From assembly GCA_043744215.1 (NCBI GenBank), contig JAYTVC010000014.1:16932-80931 (forward strand): a stretch of DNA of 64,000 nucleotides. The letters are read 5' to 3'. The notes beneath the pieces were generated by a model. The model did not search any database. It saw nothing but the letters and a program-made list of their open reading frames with translations, and was not told the DNA's origin. The translations under genes and the position numbers were made by a program. This document shows positions 60,571 to 64,000 of this stretch, one piece after another. This stretch comes from Pseudomonadota bacterium (GTDB lineage: Bacteria; Pseudomonadota; Gammaproteobacteria; Burkholderiales; JBEEJL01). How positions within the stretch are numbered: position 1 is the stretch's first letter; every line of letters starts with the position of its first letter.

Positions 60571-61520
60571 ACAACAAGAATGATTACATTGAGGCCGCTC
60601 ACCAGATCATTATTTCTTTGGGCCTGCCTCGGGCGCAACAGAACGAGCGTACCGCCCTTTGCCTGCTGGCTTTATTGAACCTCACGCCGGGCTCGGCGTG
60701 GGCTGATGCGCAAAATCCACTTGTCGGCATCACCCCAATCATGGATTGGGCTCGGGAACACTACGACAAGGAATATGCGCCGAACACACGAGAGACAATC
60801 CGCCGTCAGACCATGCACCAGTTCTGCGATGCCGGGATTGCGTTGTACAACCCGGACAAACCAGACCGCCCGGTGAATAGCCCGAAGACGGTCTATCAGG
60901 TTGAATCTGCTGCGTTGGCCTTGCTACGCACCTTTGGCTCGCCCATGTGGCATGACGGCCTTGCGACTTATTTGGCCAAGCGTGAAACGCTGATTGTCCG
61001 CTATGCAATGGAGCGAGAGCAAAGTCGCATCCCGGTTGAGATCGCGCTGGGGAAGGAAATCACCCTCAGTCCCGGCGAGCATAGCGAATTGATCCGAGCC
61101 ATCATTGCGGACTTTGCCCCGCGCTTCGCGCCGGGGAGCGTTCTGGTCTATGTCGGCGACACGGGCGAGAAGTGGGGTTACTTCGATGCGCCCTTACTGG
61201 CTGCGTTGGGTGTCGATGTGGATTCACACGGCAAGATGCCGGATGTGGTGCTGCACTTCACCGCGAATAACTGGTTGCTACTGGTCGAGTCTGTCACCAG
61301 TCACGGCCCCGTCGATGGCAAACGACACACCGAGCTGGCAAAACTTTTTGCTGGATCAACTGCTGGGCTAGTCTATGTGACTGCCTTCCCGAACCGGGCG
61401 ATCATGAGCCGCTACCTAGGCGAAATCGCATGGGAAACGGAGGTGTGGGTAGCTGATGCACCGTCCCATCTGATCCACTTTAATGGCATCCGTTTCCTTG
61501 GACCGTACAATGCGCCCTAA
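60567..61520 (+). CDS. Type II restriction endonuclease, BsuBI/PstI-family-like
   Basis: 317 aa. The C-terminal core MPDVVLHF...WLLLVESVTSHGPV...YVTAFPNR...IAWETEVWVADAPSHLIHFNGIRFLGPY matches my recollection of the BsuBI/PstI RE family (PD...ExV/K-type). ATGA overlap with the methylase gene. Confidence 0.6.
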   Translation: MNNKNDYIEAAHQIIISLGLPRAQQNERTALCLLALLNLTPGSAWADAQNPLVGITPIMDWAREHYDKEYAPNTRETIRRQTMHQFCDAGIALYNPDKPDRPVNSPKTVYQVESAALALLRTFGSPMWHDGLATYLAKRETLIVRYAMEREQSRIPVEIALGKEITLSPGEHSELIRAIIADFAPRFAPGSVLVYVGDTGEKWGYFDAPLLAALGVDVDSHGKMPDVVLHFTANNWLLLVESVTSHGPVDGKRHTELAKLFAGSTAGLVYVTAFPNRAIMSRYLGEIAWETEVWVADAPSHLIHFNGIRFLGPYNAP

Positions 61521-61599
61521 CCATGCGCTCAACTCGGACGTTGCGCATAAAACCGTGCAGCGCCGGTTAGCTCTACGTTAGGCCACACAAGCAAGCGTA

Positions 61600-61624
61600 G
61601 TTGGGGTGAGGCAGGAACCCCAAC
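61600..61624. repeat. REP-like hairpin family D
   Basis: GTTGGGGTGAGGCAGGAACCCCAAC, the inverse of the copy at 48923-48947. It lies just downstream of the R-M pair. Confidence 0.6.
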
Positions 61625-61666
61625 ATTATTAACTTTCAAAACTATAATTTTGGCTCACGCTTAATT

Positions 61667-61966
61667 TTGACTTACCCATCCAACCATTTCACCCAGGACA
61701 TGAGCATTACGCACGCAGATTTTTTTCGTTTGCTGCCGGCGGCGATTGTGCCGTATGAGTCGCTCGTTAAGCAAAACGTCGTAGAAATTTTTACTGAACA
61801 GCGGCGCATGGTGATCACGCTTGGAGTGGAACAGCAGCGCCGCATCACCGGCCTGCTGTCGTTACCGCGCACGCAGGTGGATTTTTTATTTGAACGTTTT
61901 GATGACGTGCAACGCGAAGCATTCATGCATCGCTTTGACCGCTATTTTCATCGGGGGGGTGGATAA
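61667..61966 (+). CDS. Hypothetical small protein
   Basis: 99 aa from a TTG, or 88 aa from ATG 61700 (MSITHADFFRLLP...). No family is recognised. Confidence 0.4.
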   Translation: MTYPSNHFTQDMSITHADFFRLLPAAIVPYESLVKQNVVEIFTEQRRMVITLGVEQQRRITGLLSLPRTQVDFLFERFDDVQREAFMHRFDRYFHRGGG

Positions 61967-62004
61967 AACAACGCAGCGCGCATTGGCGCGCGCTGTGAAA
62001 AAAT

Positions 62005-62859
62005 TTACGATTGCTTGCGATACATCGGCTGCTGGTAACTGACGCCGTGTTTTTCGAAAATCTTTTGAATGGTGCCGTCGTCGCGCAAGGCTTTCATGGC
62101 ATCTTCCAGCGCTTTGCCTAGCTGCGGGCTGTCGGCTTTGACGGCGAGGCCTAGATTCCAATCCTTGACGGAAATGCCGCCTTCGTTGAAAGGTGTCAGC
62201 GCAAATTTGTCCGGAATTTTTCCACCGAAGAATGCTTCGATCTGCGAACGGTGGCCCATGACGACTTCGACTTTTTCATTTTTTAATGCGTCGCAGGCTT
62301 CTTGCAGCGTTTTGAAATGCACGACGCTTTCACGGAAGCGGCCGCCCATGGTGCTGACCATGAAGTGGTCAGAGAGCGTCGCACCTTCGACGCCGATTTT
62401 GGTTCGCGTGAATGCTTCGAGGCCGACAAAGACCGGAATCTTGACCAGGTTGCGCACGATGGCAATCTGTTCGTTGTAATACGGCGCAAAAATATGCACC
62501 TTGTCGTTTTTTTCCATTAACACTTTATCGACTGGCACATGCATCATCACGTCGCCCATGCGCGGGTTGAGGTAATGGCCTTTCCAGATCATGTTGCGGA
62601 AATCGTCGGACATGTCTTCGCCGGCATCAAAGCCGAACACGTCGGCCTTGAGACCCAACTTGGCGGCGAGGGCTTTGCCAATCTCGATGTCAATGCCTTT
62701 GCCTTTGTCGGCAAAAGGTTCCAAATCGTCGTACACCGCGACGCGCAGCACGCCTTTCTGTTTCACTTCGTCGAGCGCTTCGGCACGAGCAACGCCGGAT
62801 GCACTCAACATGAACGCGACAAACAAGCCTGCGATGTAGCGACGATTGGTTTGCATCAT
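62005..62859 (-). CDS. Periplasmic substrate-binding protein, quinoprotein-dehydrogenase-associated (MoxJ/SBP family 3-like)
   Basis: 284 aa with a signal peptide. GVLRVAVYDDLEPF is an SBP_bac_3-type N-terminus. It is adjacent to a PedF/ExaB-like cytochrome c. Confidence 0.65.
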   Translation of the reverse strand: MMQTNRRYIAGLFVAFMLSASGVARAEALDEVKQKGVLRVAVYDDLEPFADKGKGIDIEIGKALAAKLGLKADVFGFDAGEDMSDDFRNMIWKGHYLNPRMGDVMMHVPVDKVLMEKNDKVHIFAPYYNEQIAIVRNLVKIPVFVGLEAFTRTKIGVEGATLSDHFMVSTMGGRFRESVVHFKTLQEACDALKNEKVEVVMGHRSQIEAFFGGKIPDKFALTPFNEGGISVKDWNLGLAVKADSPQLGKALEDAMKALRDDGTIQKIFEKHGVSYQQPMYRKQS

Positions 62860-62863
62860 ATTT

Positions 62864-63280
62864 TTACTCAGTGTGTACGGATTCTAAATAAGCCTTGATG
62901 GCCCACATGCCTTCTTGCGACATGATACCTTCAAACGGCGGCATGTAAACCGCGCCGTTGCGCACTTTGCCGCGGCGCACCGAGCTGACGTAATATTCAT
63001 CGGTTTCTTTGTCGATGGGCAGCAGGCGCAAGTCGGGGGCGATGCCGCCGGACACGGCTTCAAGACCGTGGCAGCGCGCGCAATTCTGGTTGTATGCGGA
63101 TTTGCCGATGCTGATCGCTTTGGCATTTTTGCGGAAGGGGTTTTCGGTTTTCCAATTTTCGCCGAGTTGAGGCAAATCTTTGGTATCGACCGCTTGCGGG
63201 GTGACATCGCCATGGGAATAAACGAGGCCGGATAACGTCAACAGACCCGCGCCCGCCGCAAAACACAATTTTTTCAACAT
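62864..63280 (-). CDS. Cytochrome c550-type (PedF/ExaB/c(L)-like) electron acceptor of PQQ alcohol dehydrogenases
   Basis: 138 aa with a signal peptide and single CARCH heme site, followed by GIAPDLR and YMPPF. Confidence 0.7.
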   Translation of the reverse strand: MLKKLCFAAGAGLLTLSGLVYSHGDVTPQAVDTKDLPQLGENWKTENPFRKNAKAISIGKSAYNQNCARCHGLEAVSGGIAPDLRLLPIDKETDEYYVSSVRRGKVRNGAVYMPPFEGIMSQEGMWAIKAYLESVHTE

Positions 63281-63399
63281 CGCTTCTACTCCAAATAAAA
63301 ATTCAGGAAATATCTTAACGCAGGCATTGGATCAAAGGGTGACTACCTAAGACAAATCTCCCACCTTAAAGTGCGCAAAACAACAACATCATACTGCAA

Positions 63400-63415
63400 A
63401 GCAATAAATGTTCCG
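63400..63415 (-). promoter_or_regulatory. Candidate sigma54 promoter upstream of the cytochrome c550 gene
   Basis: The minus strand reads CGGAACatttaTTGCT with correct GG-N10-GC spacing. The -24 box has 2 mismatches to TGGCAC. It lies ~110 nt upstream of the start, divergent from a sigma54 activator gene. Confidence 0.35.
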
Positions 63416-63555
63416 CTGCTGAACAGTTTTAGTTCTTTCGCCAATTATAAACCCCGCTGTCCTAAAACAAGCCAGGCTCCCGCTTTGCTGTCATAATTCG
63501 TGACAACCTAGTGATATAAAAACAGAGATTCAATCTCACCGCAGGAGGAGATTCA

Positions 63556-64000
63556 ATGCAGGATAAAATTTTCATGGATCCGGGCGCTTTGCGCCGGGCG
63601 CACAGCACGTTTCTGGACAAGGGCCGCGTGCCGGGCGGTCTGCTCCCCAAAACCATCGAGCGTTCGTGGAACCGTTGCGCCGAGCTGGGCATTCCTGCTG
63701 ACCGCATCCGCGATCTAAATCGCTTGAGCGATGCAGAAATCGGCCGCGAGCATGATCGCACGTCGTCGCTCATCTCCCATTTCACGCCGGTGATGGAACA
63801 TCTTTATCAGCAGATCGCCCACACCCACAGCATGGTGATTTTGAGCGACGAAGACGGCATGATTTTGCATTCCATCGGCGACCCGGACTTTATCAGCAAA
63901 GCCGAGTCGGTCGCGCTGCAGCCCGGTGTGTCGTGGGCCGAAACGCTGAAAGGCACCAATGCCATCGGCACCGCGATTATCGAAAGAGCGGCGATCACCG
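63556..64000 (+). CDS. Sigma54-dependent transcriptional activator, AcoR-like N-terminal (GAF-type) sensor region; 3' end beyond window
   Basis: Not in the ORF track because there is no stop in the window. ATG is 6 nt after AGGAGGAG. IERSWNRC...MVILSDEDGMILHSIGD...PGVSWAETLKGTNAIGTAI matches the AcoR-family N-terminus. Confidence 0.7.
   Translation, partial: MQDKIFMDPGALRRAHSTFLDKGRVPGGLLPKTIERSWNRCAELGIPADRIRDLNRLSDAEIGREHDRTSSLISHFTPVMEHLYQQIAHTHSMVILSDEDGMILHSIGDPDFISKAESVALQPGVSWAETLKGTNAIGTAIIERAAIT

Overview
Chromosomal segment with betaproteobacterial-style core synteny (an inference from gene order, not a taxonomic call). The core runs secG-tpiA, glmM-folP-ftsH-rlmE, yhbY, greA-carB-leuE-carA, dapB-bamE/fur, putA, two RND efflux pairs around gluQ, cydAB, ilvD, lgt, and a tRNA-Ala plus tRNA Pro-Arg-His cluster. 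It also carries a tungsten aldehyde oxidoreductase operon of the AorABCD type and the edge of a quinoprotein alcohol dehydrogenase accessory cluster with a divergent sigma54 activator. Small accessory insertions interrupt this core: a RAYT transposase with REP/REPIN repeats, an IS3 remnant, a decayed tRNA-like element, higBA, a secreted barnase-like RNase with barstar, an orphan HslV/BPH-like Ntn hydrolase next to Hsp15, an orphan HExxH protein, and a PstI/BsuBI-like type II R-M pair. Three signals are not explained by gene calls. (1) A ~325-bp element occurs twice (9245-9569 and 49217-49542); the arms of its long central hairpin differ between copies but keep pairing through about 10 compensatory double substitutions. 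One copy sits inside a 546-bp insertion that duplicated and replaced the last 90 bp of greA. (2) A ~28-bp AT-rich motif with a perfect IHF core (consensus AAAATATTCAATATAATCAAATAGTTAC) recurs at least 11 times at operon boundaries and sometimes supplies stop codons. (3) A 21-unit heptanucleotide array starts inside the last codons of lgt. All calls come from reading the sequence and ORF translations; no database search was run.
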